Below are positions 8,190 to 17,744 of a stretch of DNA of 45,656 nucleotides, one piece after another; position 1 is the stretch's first letter, and each line of letters opens with the position of its first letter. A model generated the notes under the pieces. That model saw nothing but the letters and a program-made list of their open reading frames with translations, searched no databases and was not told where the DNA came from. The stretch is from contig DATAEY010000026.1 of the NCBI GenBank assembly GCA_036257715.1, forward strand, positions 1-45,656, given 5' to 3'. The stretch comes from Solirubrobacteraceae bacterium (GTDB lineage Bacteria; Actinomycetota; Thermoleophilia; Solirubrobacterales; Solirubrobacteraceae). A program made the position numbers and the translations under genes.

Positions 8190-9347
8190 ATGGCAGTCCG
8201 CATCGGCTCGGGCGTCTCGACTCAGCCCGACGCGCGTGTTGGCGCGATCGAGGCGGCCGGGGCGGCGCGGAGCGGACTGAGCGGCACTCCCGCCGACCTG
8301 GCGGTGGTGTTCGCCTCCGGAAGCCACCTGGCCGCACCCGAGGCGACCCTCGAGGGCGTCACTGAGGCGCTCATGCCCCGGCACCTGGTCGGCTGCGGCG
8401 CTGGCGGGGTCCTGGCCGCCGGACGCGAGCTCGAGGAGGGCACCGCAGCGGTGGTCTGGGCGGCGGCCTTCGAAGACGCCGATGTCGCGACGTTCCACGC
8501 CCGTATGAACCCGGACGACGGCGCGATCGACGGGCTCCCCGAGCTGCCCGACGGGTCGGCGACCGTCCTGCTGCCGGATCCCTACAGCTTCGCCACCGAC
8601 CGCGCGCTGGCGGAGCTGCGGGAGCTGGCCCCCGGCATACCCGTCATCGGAGGGATCTCCAGTGCCAGGACGCTCGACGGGTCCAGCGCGCTGTTCCTGG
8701 GAGAGGAGGTCGTCTCAAGCGGGGCGGTCGGGATTCGCCTTGAGGGCGTCGACGTGCTCCCGTGCGTCTCGCAGGGGGCCGCGCCCGTCGGTCCCGAGCT
8801 GACGATCACCGCCGCCGACGGGCACCTGATCCACCAACTGGCCGGGGCGCCGGCGCTGAGCAAGGTGCGCGACGCGGTGTCGCGGTTGCCGGCCCGGGAG
8901 CGCGCGCTGGTCGCCCAGGGGCTGCTGGTGGGGATCGTGATCGAGGGCGGCAAGCCCGAGTACTCGCAGGGGGACTTCCTGGTGCGGGGGATGCTCGGCG
9001 CCGATCCCGCCACCGGGACCATCGCCGTGGGGGCCAGCGTCGAGCCCGGCCAGGTCATCCAGCTGCACGCGCGCGATGCCGAGTCCGCCGATCGCGACCT
9101 GCACGATGCCCTGGGCCTGCAGTGCGAAGCGCTCGGGGGTCGCCAGGCGGCCGGGGCGCTGTGCTTCACCTGCAATGGCCGGGGTCGCGACATGTTCGGC
9201 GTGCCTGATCACGATGCCCGGGCGCTGGAGTCGCAGCTCGGCGGCGCTCCGGCCGCGGGGTTCTTCGCCGCCGGCGAGATCGGACCGGTCGGACGCGAGA
9301 ACTTCCTCCACGGGTTCACCGCGACCGTGGCGATCTTCGCGGCGTGA
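8190..9347 (+). CDS. FIST (N+C) domain sensor-like protein
   Basis: Track ORF of 385 aa. The C-terminal FTCNGRG..MFG....D...........GFFAAGEIGPVG..NFLHGFTA is the characteristic FIST_C ending. TATCGT lies 6 nt upstream of the ATG. Confidence 0.75.
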   Translation: MAVRIGSGVSTQPDARVGAIEAAGAARSGLSGTPADLAVVFASGSHLAAPEATLEGVTEALMPRHLVGCGAGGVLAAGRELEEGTAAVVWAAAFEDADVATFHARMNPDDGAIDGLPELPDGSATVLLPDPYSFATDRALAELRELAPGIPVIGGISSARTLDGSSALFLGEEVVSSGAVGIRLEGVDVLPCVSQGAAPVGPELTITAADGHLIHQLAGAPALSKVRDAVSRLPARERALVAQGLLVGIVIEGGKPEYSQGDFLVRGMLGADPATGTIAVGASVEPGQVIQLHARDAESADRDLHDALGLQCEALGGRQAAGALCFTCNGRGRDMFGVPDHDARALESQLGGAPAAGFFAAGEIGPVGRENFLHGFTATVAIFAA

Positions 9348-10141
9348 GGATCTCCGGGCGGAGCGCCCTGGTCACGGGCGCCACGGGCGGGCTGGGCAAG
9401 GCGATCTGCAGGGAGCTCGCCCACCGCGGCGCCCGGATCATCATGAGCGGCAGGCGCGCCGAGGTGCTCGAGCCCCTGGCCCGTGAGCTGGGAGCGCGGC
9501 CGGTGGTGTGCGACCTCGCCGACCGTGACGAGCTTTGGTCGCTGCTCTCCGACGTCGGCGAGGTCGACATCCTGGTCGCCAACGCCGGCGTGCCGGCGGA
9601 CGGCCTGGTCGACGAGTACACGCCCGACCAGATCGACCGGGCACTGCAGGTCAACCTCCGCGCGCCCATCCTGACCGCGCACGCCCTGATGCCGGGGATG
9701 GTCGAGCGCGGCAGCGGCCACATGGTGTTCATGTCCTCGCTGTCGGGAAAGGCGGCCACCCCGGGCTCGGCGCTGTACTCGGCCACCAAGTTCGGCCTTC
9801 GGGGCTTCGCCTCGGCGCTGCGCCAGGACCTGTGGGACACCGGGGTGGGCGTCTCGGCGATCTTCCCGGGGCCGATTCGCGAGGCCGGGATGTTCGCGCA
9901 GGCGCGGGTGGAGATGCCGGCGTTCGCGGCCACGCGAAGGCCGCGCCAGGTCGGCCTGGCCGTGGTGCGGGCGATCGAGCGCAACCGGGGCGAGATCGAC
10001 GTCGCGTCGCCGCCGCTGCGCTGGGCGTGCGCCGTCGCTGGCGTCGCGCCGTCGGCGATCGCTGGCCTCAATCGCCGTCTGGGCGCGGCCCGGATCGCGG
10101 AGCAGCTAGCGCGAAGCGAGGCTCACCGCTCCGCCCGCTGA
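9344..10141 (+). CDS. SDR-family oxidoreductase
   Basis: TGATGGLGKA (TGxxxGxG), NAG and the catalytic S...YSATK are present. The GTG start forms a GTGA overlap with the FIST gene stop. Confidence 0.85.
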   Translation: MRISGRSALVTGATGGLGKAICRELAHRGARIIMSGRRAEVLEPLARELGARPVVCDLADRDELWSLLSDVGEVDILVANAGVPADGLVDEYTPDQIDRALQVNLRAPILTAHALMPGMVERGSGHMVFMSSLSGKAATPGSALYSATKFGLRGFASALRQDLWDTGVGVSAIFPGPIREAGMFAQARVEMPAFAATRRPRQVGLAVVRAIERNRGEIDVASPPLRWACAVAGVAPSAIAGLNRRLGAARIAEQLARSEAHRSAR

Positions 10142-10147
10142 GCCCGG

Positions 10148-11146
10148 TCAGGCGTCCGCGCCGCCGCGCCGTCCGGCGTGCGCGCGGTGATCCGGATCGG
10201 CCGGGCGGCCATTGGAGCCGTCGCGGCCCAGCGCCGCCACCGCCGACAGGATCTGGTCGGCCAGCTGGCGTCCCTCCGCTGGTCGCTGGGGGGTCGCCGC
10301 AATCCGGACCACCACCTCGTCCCCGTCGATCTCCTCCAGCATGATGTCCGGCTCGGCCCGGATCGCCGTGTCGACATGGCGCTCGAGCGCATCCTGGACC
10401 TCGCTGGGCCTGACGTCGGCGCGCAGGCGCGCACGGAGATCCACGGAGTCGGGCTCGCGCACCGGCATGACCGCCAGGCTCAGCACGACGCTGTTGGGCA
10501 CCATGATCGAGTCCTCGCCGACGGCGAGGGTCAGGTAGAGCAGCCCGAGCGACGAGACGACGCCCTCTACCCGGCCCCCGACCGGCCCTCCCTGCAGCCT
10601 CACGCGGTCGCCCACGCGAAACGGCCGCGCGCTGAGCAGGACGGTGCCGGCGATCAGGTTGCCGAGCGTCTGCTGGGCGGCCAGGCCGAAGATCACGGCA
10701 GTGAAAGCGCCGCCCAGGAACAGCGTCCGCGGCGGCAGGCCGGCGATGTTGAGCGCCACCAGCAGCGCGATGACGATCGTCAGCAGCCGGATCATGAACC
10801 CGACCGTTCCGGCGGTTCCGGGGTCCAGCCGCCGGAAGAGCGCGGGCCCCGCGGCGCGGCCCACGTCCCGGGCCAGCGCCCAGCCCAGGATCACCAGCAG
10901 CGTCACGGTGGCCACCCGGATCGGCATGTCGAGGCCGAACAGCTGGTGGCGGTAGCGGTACGCGAGCAGGACCGCCGCCATCGCCGGCACGATCACGATC
11001 AGTTGGCGCCAGGCCTTCCTGGCCGCCTGCTGGCTGATCTGACGCGCCAGCCCGACCTCCTGCCAGGAGTGGCTCTTGGTGTCGAACAGCGCGCGCATCG
11101 ATGCGCGCTCCAGCTTGCGCGGATCCGGGGGCATCCTGATTACCAA
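10148..11146 (-). CDS. Mechanosensitive ion channel (MscS family)
   Basis: TM helices are followed by GLAAQQTLGNLIAGTVLLSARPFRVGDRV and a beta-domain. The track start is TTG at 11146; an alternative ATG lies at 11134. Confidence 0.85.
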   Translation of the reverse strand: MVIRMPPDPRKLERASMRALFDTKSHSWQEVGLARQISQQAARKAWRQLIVIVPAMAAVLLAYRYRHQLFGLDMPIRVATVTLLVILGWALARDVGRAAGPALFRRLDPGTAGTVGFMIRLLTIVIALLVALNIAGLPPRTLFLGGAFTAVIFGLAAQQTLGNLIAGTVLLSARPFRVGDRVRLQGGPVGGRVEGVVSSLGLLYLTLAVGEDSIMVPNSVVLSLAVMPVREPDSVDLRARLRADVRPSEVQDALERHVDTAIRAEPDIMLEEIDGDEVVVRIAATPQRPAEGRQLADQILSAVAALGRDGSNGRPADPDHRAHAGRRGGADA

Positions 11147-11197
11147 CTCATCGCCCGTCCCAGGGTTTCACGGTCTTCGCGGTTGTGACGGTGGTCA

Positions 11198-12205
11198 CTA
11201 GAACAGCGGAGCCTGGGCCGGCACGCTCGCCTCGGGCTCCTCCGGCGAGGAGCCCGGCAGCGCTCGGGCCCGGGACGCCGAGCCACCCCGGCGGACCGGC
11301 GCGGTCACTCGCTCCTGCTCGTCGCGCGGCATGTAGGCGCCCCGGCGATAGAGCCGCTGGTAGCGCTCGAGCAGGTCGGGCCGGTGCGCGCGCAGCCAAT
11401 CGAAGAAGATCTGGCGCACCTCGCCACGGAGGTGCAGCGCCACGCCCGCGACGTGGCCGGCCCCGGCCTCGCCGGCGATCTCCAGGATCCGCTCCACCTG
11501 CTCGGGCCGGTCGTTGATGCCCGGCATCAGGGGAGCGACCAGCACCCCCGTGGGGATGCCGGCGCGGACCAGCTCGGCCACGGCCTCAAGGCGCTTGCGG
11601 GGATGGGGCGTGTGCGGCTCGGTGGCCCGCCAGGCCTTCTCGTCCAGGGTCGGGACCGACAGGTTTGCCGTGAAGCCGCCGCGCTCGCTCAGCCGCCGCA
11701 GCACATCGATGTCGCGCAGCACCAGCGGCGACTTGGTCAGCACCGAGCACGCCGTGCCCGACTGGAGCAGGGCCGCCCACACCTCGGGCATCAGCCGGTA
11801 GCGGCTCTCGACCCACTGGTAGGGATCCGTGTTGGTGCCCAGGGCGACGTGCTCGCGTTTCCACGACGGCCGCGCCAGCTCGACCCTCAAGACTTCCGGC
11901 AGATTGACCTTGACCACGATCTCGCGCTCGAAGTCCTCGCGCGCGTTGAAGTCCAGATAGGTGTGGGTCGGCCGAGCAAAGCAGTACACACAGGCATGGG
12001 CGCAACCTCGATACGGGTTGATCGTCCACCGAAACGGCATGCGAGAACGCTCAGGGACCTGGTTGAGCGCCGAGCGCGCTCGAACCTCGTAGAAGCGGAT
12101 GTCGAGCGCCTCGGGCGCATCGAACCGCCGCACGCGGGCCTCGTCCCGGTAGCCCGGGAGCCTGCGCCCTCGCTCCGCGTCAACCGATAGGTTGTCCCAG
12201 CGCAC
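11198..12205 (-). CDS. Radical SAM protein, Rv2578c family / SplB-like (COG1533-type, DNA-repair-photolyase-like annotation class)
   Basis: It contains MRWDNL...INPYRGCAHACVYCFARPTH (a CxxxCxxC cluster in the family-typical context). The start is GTG at 12205, and a LexA-type box abuts the start codon. Confidence 0.8.
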   Translation of the reverse strand: MRWDNLSVDAERGRRLPGYRDEARVRRFDAPEALDIRFYEVRARSALNQVPERSRMPFRWTINPYRGCAHACVYCFARPTHTYLDFNAREDFEREIVVKVNLPEVLRVELARPSWKREHVALGTNTDPYQWVESRYRLMPEVWAALLQSGTACSVLTKSPLVLRDIDVLRRLSERGGFTANLSVPTLDEKAWRATEPHTPHPRKRLEAVAELVRAGIPTGVLVAPLMPGINDRPEQVERILEIAGEAGAGHVAGVALHLRGEVRQIFFDWLRAHRPDLLERYQRLYRRGAYMPRDEQERVTAPVRRGGSASRARALPGSSPEEPEASVPAQAPLF

Positions 12206-12218
12206 GAACGTATGTTCG
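12205..12218 (-). promoter_or_regulatory. LexA-type operator (Cheo/SOS box) CGAACATACGTTCG
   Basis: This is a perfect CGAAC-N4-GTTCG palindrome. Its last base is the first base of the GTG start codon of the radical SAM gene. It is the only perfect GAAC-N4-GTTC I found in a manual scan of the window. Confidence 0.55.
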
Positions 12219-12250
12219 CAGAGCCGCCCGACGGAACCGCCGGTCGCGAT

Positions 12251-13576
12251 TCACCTCGACCCGCCCGCCGGGGCCGGCAGGTACTCGCGCGCGGCGAGCG
12301 TCTGGCTGGTCGCGGAGATGATCCGCACCGCGACGATGTCGCCCGCCCGCGACCGGCCCGGGAAGTTGACCACCTTGTTGTGCCGGGTGCGTCCTCGCAG
12401 CCGGTCGGGGTCGTTGCGCGACGGGCCCTCGACCAGCACATCGAGCGTGCGTCCCACGAAGCGCTGCGCGCGCTCGTGGGCACGGCGCTGTACCAGGTCG
12501 ACCAGCCGGCCCATCCGCTCCCGCTGGACCTCTCGCGGGACCGTCCCGGACATCTCGGCCGCCTCGGTCCCCCGCCGGGGCGAGAAGACGAAGGTGAAGG
12601 CGCCGTCGTAACCCACCTCGTCCACCACCTCCAGCGTCTGCTCGAAGTCGGCCTCGGTCTCGCCCGGGAAGCCGACGATGATGTCCGTGGTCAGGGCGCA
12701 GTCCGGGAGATGCTCGCGGATCAGCGCGACCCGATCGAGGTAGCGCTCACGGTCGTAGGTGCGGCGCATGGCCTTCAGGGTGCGCGACGAGCCCGACTGC
12801 AGCGGGAGATGGATGTGCTCGCAGAGGGCCGGCAGCCGGGCATGGGCAAGGACCACGTCCTCGCGCATGTCCTTGGGATGCGGGCTGGTGTAGCGGATGC
12901 GCTCGATCCCCTCGACCGCGTCGATCACCTCCAGCAGCTGCGAGAAGCTCGCGCGGCGGGGCCGCAGGTCGCGGCCGTAGGAGTTGACGTTCTGACCCAG
13001 CAGCGTGACCTCGCGCACGCCCTCGGCCGCCATGCGCCGGGCCTCCGCGACCAGCTCGTCGAGCGGTCGCGAGGCCTCGCGTCCGCGCGTCGACGGGACG
13101 ATGCAGTACGCGCAACGGCAATTGCAGCCGACCGAGATCTGCAGCCAGGCCTGGAACTCGCGCGCCCGCTTGTCCGGCAGGCGCCCGCTGAAGGCCTCGA
13201 ACTCGAAGTAACCCTGTGCGGTCAGCGAGTCCGAGGTCAGGAACTCGGCCAGCTTGTGCACCTGTCCGGGGCCGAAGGCCACGTCCACGAACGGGAAGCG
13301 CTCGAACACCGTGTCCTTGACCGACTGGGCCCAGCAGCCCCCCACCCCGACGACCACGTCGGGGCGCTCCAGCTTGGCGCGCCTGGCCTCGCCCAGGTGG
13401 GCGATGAAGCGGTCGTCCGCCTTCTCCCGGATCGAGCAGGTGTTGAACAGGATCAGGTCAGCCTCGGTGCGGACGTCCGCCTCGCGGTAGCCGAGCGACT
13501 CGAGCATGCCCTTCATGCGCTCGGAGTCGTGCTCGTTCATCTGGCAGCCGAACGTGGTGACGTGGTAGCTGGGCAC
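12251..13576 (-). CDS. miaB: tRNA-2-methylthio-N6-dimethylallyladenosine synthase
   Basis: The N-terminal UPF0004 domain (YHVTTFGCQMNEHDSE), the radical SAM motif GCNCRCAYCIVP and a C-terminal TRAM domain are present. Confidence 0.92.
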   Translation of the reverse strand: MPSYHVTTFGCQMNEHDSERMKGMLESLGYREADVRTEADLILFNTCSIREKADDRFIAHLGEARRAKLERPDVVVGVGGCWAQSVKDTVFERFPFVDVAFGPGQVHKLAEFLTSDSLTAQGYFEFEAFSGRLPDKRAREFQAWLQISVGCNCRCAYCIVPSTRGREASRPLDELVAEARRMAAEGVREVTLLGQNVNSYGRDLRPRRASFSQLLEVIDAVEGIERIRYTSPHPKDMREDVVLAHARLPALCEHIHLPLQSGSSRTLKAMRRTYDRERYLDRVALIREHLPDCALTTDIIVGFPGETEADFEQTLEVVDEVGYDGAFTFVFSPRRGTEAAEMSGTVPREVQRERMGRLVDLVQRRAHERAQRFVGRTLDVLVEGPSRNDPDRLRGRTRHNKVVNFPGRSRAGDIVAVRIISATSQTLAAREYLPAPAGGSR

Positions 13577-13616
13577 GGCCCTAGGGTAGCCGGCGCCCGC
13601 CCGGCCCCGTGTCGGC

Positions 13617-15071
13617 TCAGCGCGCGTAGTCGACCGCGCGAGACTCGCGCACCACGGTCACCTTGATCTGACCCGGGTACTCGAGCTCGTGCTCGATCTC
13701 GCGGGCGATCTCGTGCGAGAGGAGGACGGCGGCATCGTCGTCCAGGGCCCCCGGGGCGACCATGACCCTGATCTCGCGCCCCGCCTGCATGGCATAAACG
13801 CGGTCGACGCCGTCGTGGCGCTCGGCGATCCGCTCCAGGTCGCGCAGCCGCTTGACGTAGGACTCCAGCGACTCGCCGCGGGCCCCCGGGCGCGCCCCGG
13901 AGAGCGCGTCGGCGGCCTGCACGATGACCGCCTCGACCGTCTGGGGCTCGACCTCGTTGTGATGCGCCTCCATGGCGTGCGCGACCGCCTCCGGCTCGCC
14001 GTGGCGACGGGCCAGCTCCCCGCCGACCAGGGCGTGGGGGCCCTCGACCTCGTGGGAGACCGCCTTGCCGATGTCGTGCAGGAGGGCGGCCCGACGGGCA
14101 GTCTTCACGCTCGCCCCCAGCTCCGCCGCCATCATCGCCGCCAGGTGTGCGCACTCGACCACGTGCGCGAGGACGTTCTGGCCGTACGAGGTCCGGAAGC
14201 GCAGCCGGCCGAGCAGGCGGACCAGCTCCGGGTCGACCGCCTGGACGCCCGCGTCGAGCACCGCCTGCTGTCCCATCGCCACGATGCGGTCGTCTATCTC
14301 GGCGCGGGCGTGCTGGTAGGCGTCCTCGATCCGGGCGGGATGGATGCGCCCGTCGGCGATCAGCTTCTCCAGGGTCAGGCGCGCTACCTCGCGGCGGACG
14401 CCGTCGAATCCGGAGAGGACCACGGCGTGCGGGGTGTCGTCGATGATGAAGTCGACCCCGGTGATGCTCTCCAGCGCGCGTATGTTGCGCCCCTCGCGGC
14501 CGATGATCCGCCCCTTCATCTCGTCGGCCGGAAGCTGGACCACCGACACGGTGGTCTCGGCCGCGTGGTCGGCGGCGAGCCGCCCCATGCAGACCGACAG
14601 GATGTTGCGGGCGCGGCGCTCGGCCTGGAGCTTGGTCTCCTCGTCCACTTGGCGAATGACCCGGGCGGCGTCGTGGCGGGCCTGGTTCTCGACCTCCTTG
14701 AGCAGGATCTGCTTGGCCTGAGCCGCGCTCAGGCCGGCGACCCGCTCGAGCTCCCGCAGGTGATCGCGCTTGCGCTGGTCGAGCCGGTCGTGCTGGCGCT
14801 CGAGCTCTCGTTCGCGGTCGGCGGCGACCTGCTCGCGACGCGCCAGGTCAGCCAGCTTGACGTCGATCGCCTCCTCCTTGGCGATGACCCGCTCCTCGAT
14901 TCGGGCTACCTCGGCGCGGCGCTCGAGCAGCTCGGCCTCGATCTCGCCGCGCGGCGGCACCTGAAGGGCGGGCGCCCCGCTCGAGCGGTGCGCGCGTCCG
15001 GCCCGGGCATGCAGCGCGGCGGCGATGATCAGCCCCGTCGCCAGAAGAGCCGCCGCGATCACGATGGTCAT
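13617..15071 (-). CDS. rny: Ribonuclease Y
   Basis: It has an N-terminal TM helix (MTIVIAAALLATGLIIAAAL), a coiled-coil, a KH domain (IGREGRNIRALE) and an HD domain (LLHDIGKA). Confidence 0.92.
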   Translation of the reverse strand: MTIVIAAALLATGLIIAAALHARAGRAHRSSGAPALQVPPRGEIEAELLERRAEVARIEERVIAKEEAIDVKLADLARREQVAADRERELERQHDRLDQRKRDHLRELERVAGLSAAQAKQILLKEVENQARHDAARVIRQVDEETKLQAERRARNILSVCMGRLAADHAAETTVSVVQLPADEMKGRIIGREGRNIRALESITGVDFIIDDTPHAVVLSGFDGVRREVARLTLEKLIADGRIHPARIEDAYQHARAEIDDRIVAMGQQAVLDAGVQAVDPELVRLLGRLRFRTSYGQNVLAHVVECAHLAAMMAAELGASVKTARRAALLHDIGKAVSHEVEGPHALVGGELARRHGEPEAVAHAMEAHHNEVEPQTVEAVIVQAADALSGARPGARGESLESYVKRLRDLERIAERHDGVDRVYAMQAGREIRVMVAPGALDDDAAVLLSHEIAREIEHELEYPGQIKVTVVRESRAVDYAR

Positions 15072-15356
15072 CTCGATTCCCTTCCGTTCGGCCGGCCCGC
15101 GGCCGACCCGCTCGCCTGGTCATCGGTGCGAGGTCGACCGGGCCGTGCGACTGACACGGAGCGGGAACGGCGAGCGGCCGGGCGGCCGCTGCCCAGGACT
15201 GGCGGCTAGCTACCGGATCTAGTGGATGAGAGCGGGCCTGGCGGCCCTTCCGGGGTCAGTCGGTTTGCCGTCGACACTGAGAGTTCCGTGCTCTGCGAAA
15301 AGTCTCTTTTTGCTGGATATTCGTGCCCTTCGCGGGCCCAATCACTCGCGGCTCGG

Positions 15357-15385
15357 ATCGTAGTACCGGGCGACGCGACGCGCAA
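15357..15385 (-). promoter_or_regulatory. Candidate sigma-70-type promoter for rny (TTGCGC-17 nt-TACGAT)
   Basis: The -35 is at 15385-15380 and the -10 at 15362-15357, with 17-nt spacing. It would produce a leader of roughly 280 nt. Confidence 0.3.
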
Positions 15386-15908
15386 ACGAACTGGTGTTTC
15401 CGCCCGGGGGACCCTCTTGGCCGCAGCCGCCGAGGGTCAGGCCGCCCGGTCGGCGCGGGTGTGCCTGCGGACCGCGTCGCAGGCCAGCTCGAAGTCGTAG
15501 CCGCGCCGCAGGAGCAGGCCTAGCGCACGGTCGCGCTCGCGCGGGTCTGCGGCGCCGTCGGGCACCCGCCGCCGCAGCAGCGCCATCGCCGCCTCCAGCT
15601 CGTCGCCCGGCGGTCGCCGCACGGCGACCGCCACCAGGTCACGATCCACGCCCCGGGCCAGCAGCACCTGCTCGATGCGCCGCGAGCCCCAGCCGTCCAG
15701 CGACCGGCGGTCCTCGGCGAACCGGTGGGCGTAGCCGCCGTCGTCGAGGTACCCCTGCTCGAGGAGCATGCCCACCACACGCTCGGCGACGGCCGGCTCC
15801 ACCGCCGCGCCCTGGAGGCGACGCGTTGTCTCCGCCGCCGTCCGATCGCGCTTGACCAGAAAGCGCAGCGCGATCTCGAGAGCGTCCTGAACCGGGTCCG
15901 CGGCCAAG

Positions 15909-17009
<1,101 letters not shown>

Positions 17010-17066
17010 GCAGGTCGACTCCTTCTTCGAGAACGCCCCACCGTAGGGGCGACGGCGGACGGATCG

Positions 17067-17095
17067 AGGCTAGGAGCAGGCGCGAGCAGGCTCAA
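17067..17095 (-). promoter_or_regulatory. Candidate recA promoter (TTGAGC-17 nt-TAGCCT)
   Basis: The hexamers read on the minus strand with 17-nt spacing, about 60 nt upstream of the recA ATG. Confidence 0.3.
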
Positions 17096-17186
17096 CCCCG
17101 GTGTGTGACCCAACCGTCAAGATCGTCCCGGCGGGACGGGTGCCTGGCGGGTCGGCGGGTGCCTCGCGCCGGCCCTCGCGCGGAGG

Positions 17187-17744
17187 CTAGAGGCGAATTC
17201 GTGCGGCCGGCTCGTAGCTCGCCCCCGATCGCGCGAGCCGAGAGCGGTACAGGGTGAGGGCCGGCCCGGCGAACCCCGCCGGCGGGGGCGATGGCAGCGA
17301 CGCCCGATCCCGTGCGCTCAGGTGGGCGCCGGATCGCACGCGCGCGATCGTGACATGGGGGTGGAACGGCCGCTTCTCGGGGCGGTAGGCGGCCTGTGCG
17401 GCGAGGGTCTCGTCGAGACGACGCTGCAGCGCGCCGAGCGCGCCGGCCTCGTCACGCAGGTCGATCGCCAGCACCCTGGGGCGCCTGGGGGGAAGCCACT
17501 CCGGCGACCCCAGCGAGAGCGCCGGCACCGGCGACGTGCAGGTTCCGGCCAGCCGCGCGAGCGACTCGACTTCCTCCTCGTCGCGCCAGCCCAGGAAGCA
17601 GAGCGTGACATGCAGGTTGCGTCGCGGCACCAGGCGCAGCTCGCGCCGTCCCTCCACATGCTCGCGCCCCCAGTCGGCAAGCTCGCGGCGTATCCGGTCC
17701 GGCAGGTCCAGGGCGAGGAAGAGCCTCGCACGCCCGGCGCTCAC
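17187..17744 (-). CDS. thpR: RNA 2',3'-cyclic phosphodiesterase (2H phosphoesterase, ThpR/LigT)
   Basis: It carries two H-x-T-x motifs (HVTLCFLG and HVTIARV). I start it at GTG 17744, which forms a GTGA overlap with the cinA stop. The upstream part of track ORF 17187..17909 overlaps cinA. Confidence 0.8.
   Translation of the reverse strand: MSAGRARLFLALDLPDRIRRELADWGREHVEGRRELRLVPRRNLHVTLCFLGWRDEEEVESLARLAGTCTSPVPALSLGSPEWLPPRRPRVLAIDLRDEAGALGALQRRLDETLAAQAAYRPEKRPFHPHVTIARVRSGAHLSARDRASLPSPPPAGFAGPALTLYRSRLARSGASYEPAARIRL

Noticed and set aside
6676-8280. A 534-aa plus-strand ORF. Similar very long ORFs lie at 12212-13666, 13689-15209, 19092-20366, 24372-25925, 25933-27381, 27288-29054, 32673-34289 and 39265-41634. 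The same applies to the upstream parts of 20676-23711, 41546-44326 and 43340-45568.
   Set aside because: All are antisense to, or frame-shifted over, genes with unmistakable conserved motifs. Their products are Arg/Gly/Pro/Ala-rich low-complexity strings with no motifs. This is the usual stop-codon-poor artefact of DNA with about 70% GC.
15256-15345. A 29-codon GTG ORF (VIGPAKGTNIQQKETFRRARNSQCRRQTD) inside the rny leader, considered as a possible SOS-induced small protein.
   Set aside because: It has no SD, and its codon usage (AAT, CAA, AAA, ACT, TTT, AGA) is foreign to this genome. The region is more likely RNA than coding.
17020-17035. CTTCGAGAACG upstream of recA, considered as a possible LexA half-site.
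   Set aside because: Only one GAAC/GTTC element is present, with no partner at N4 spacing on either strand. The adjacent AAGGAG is the recA SD.
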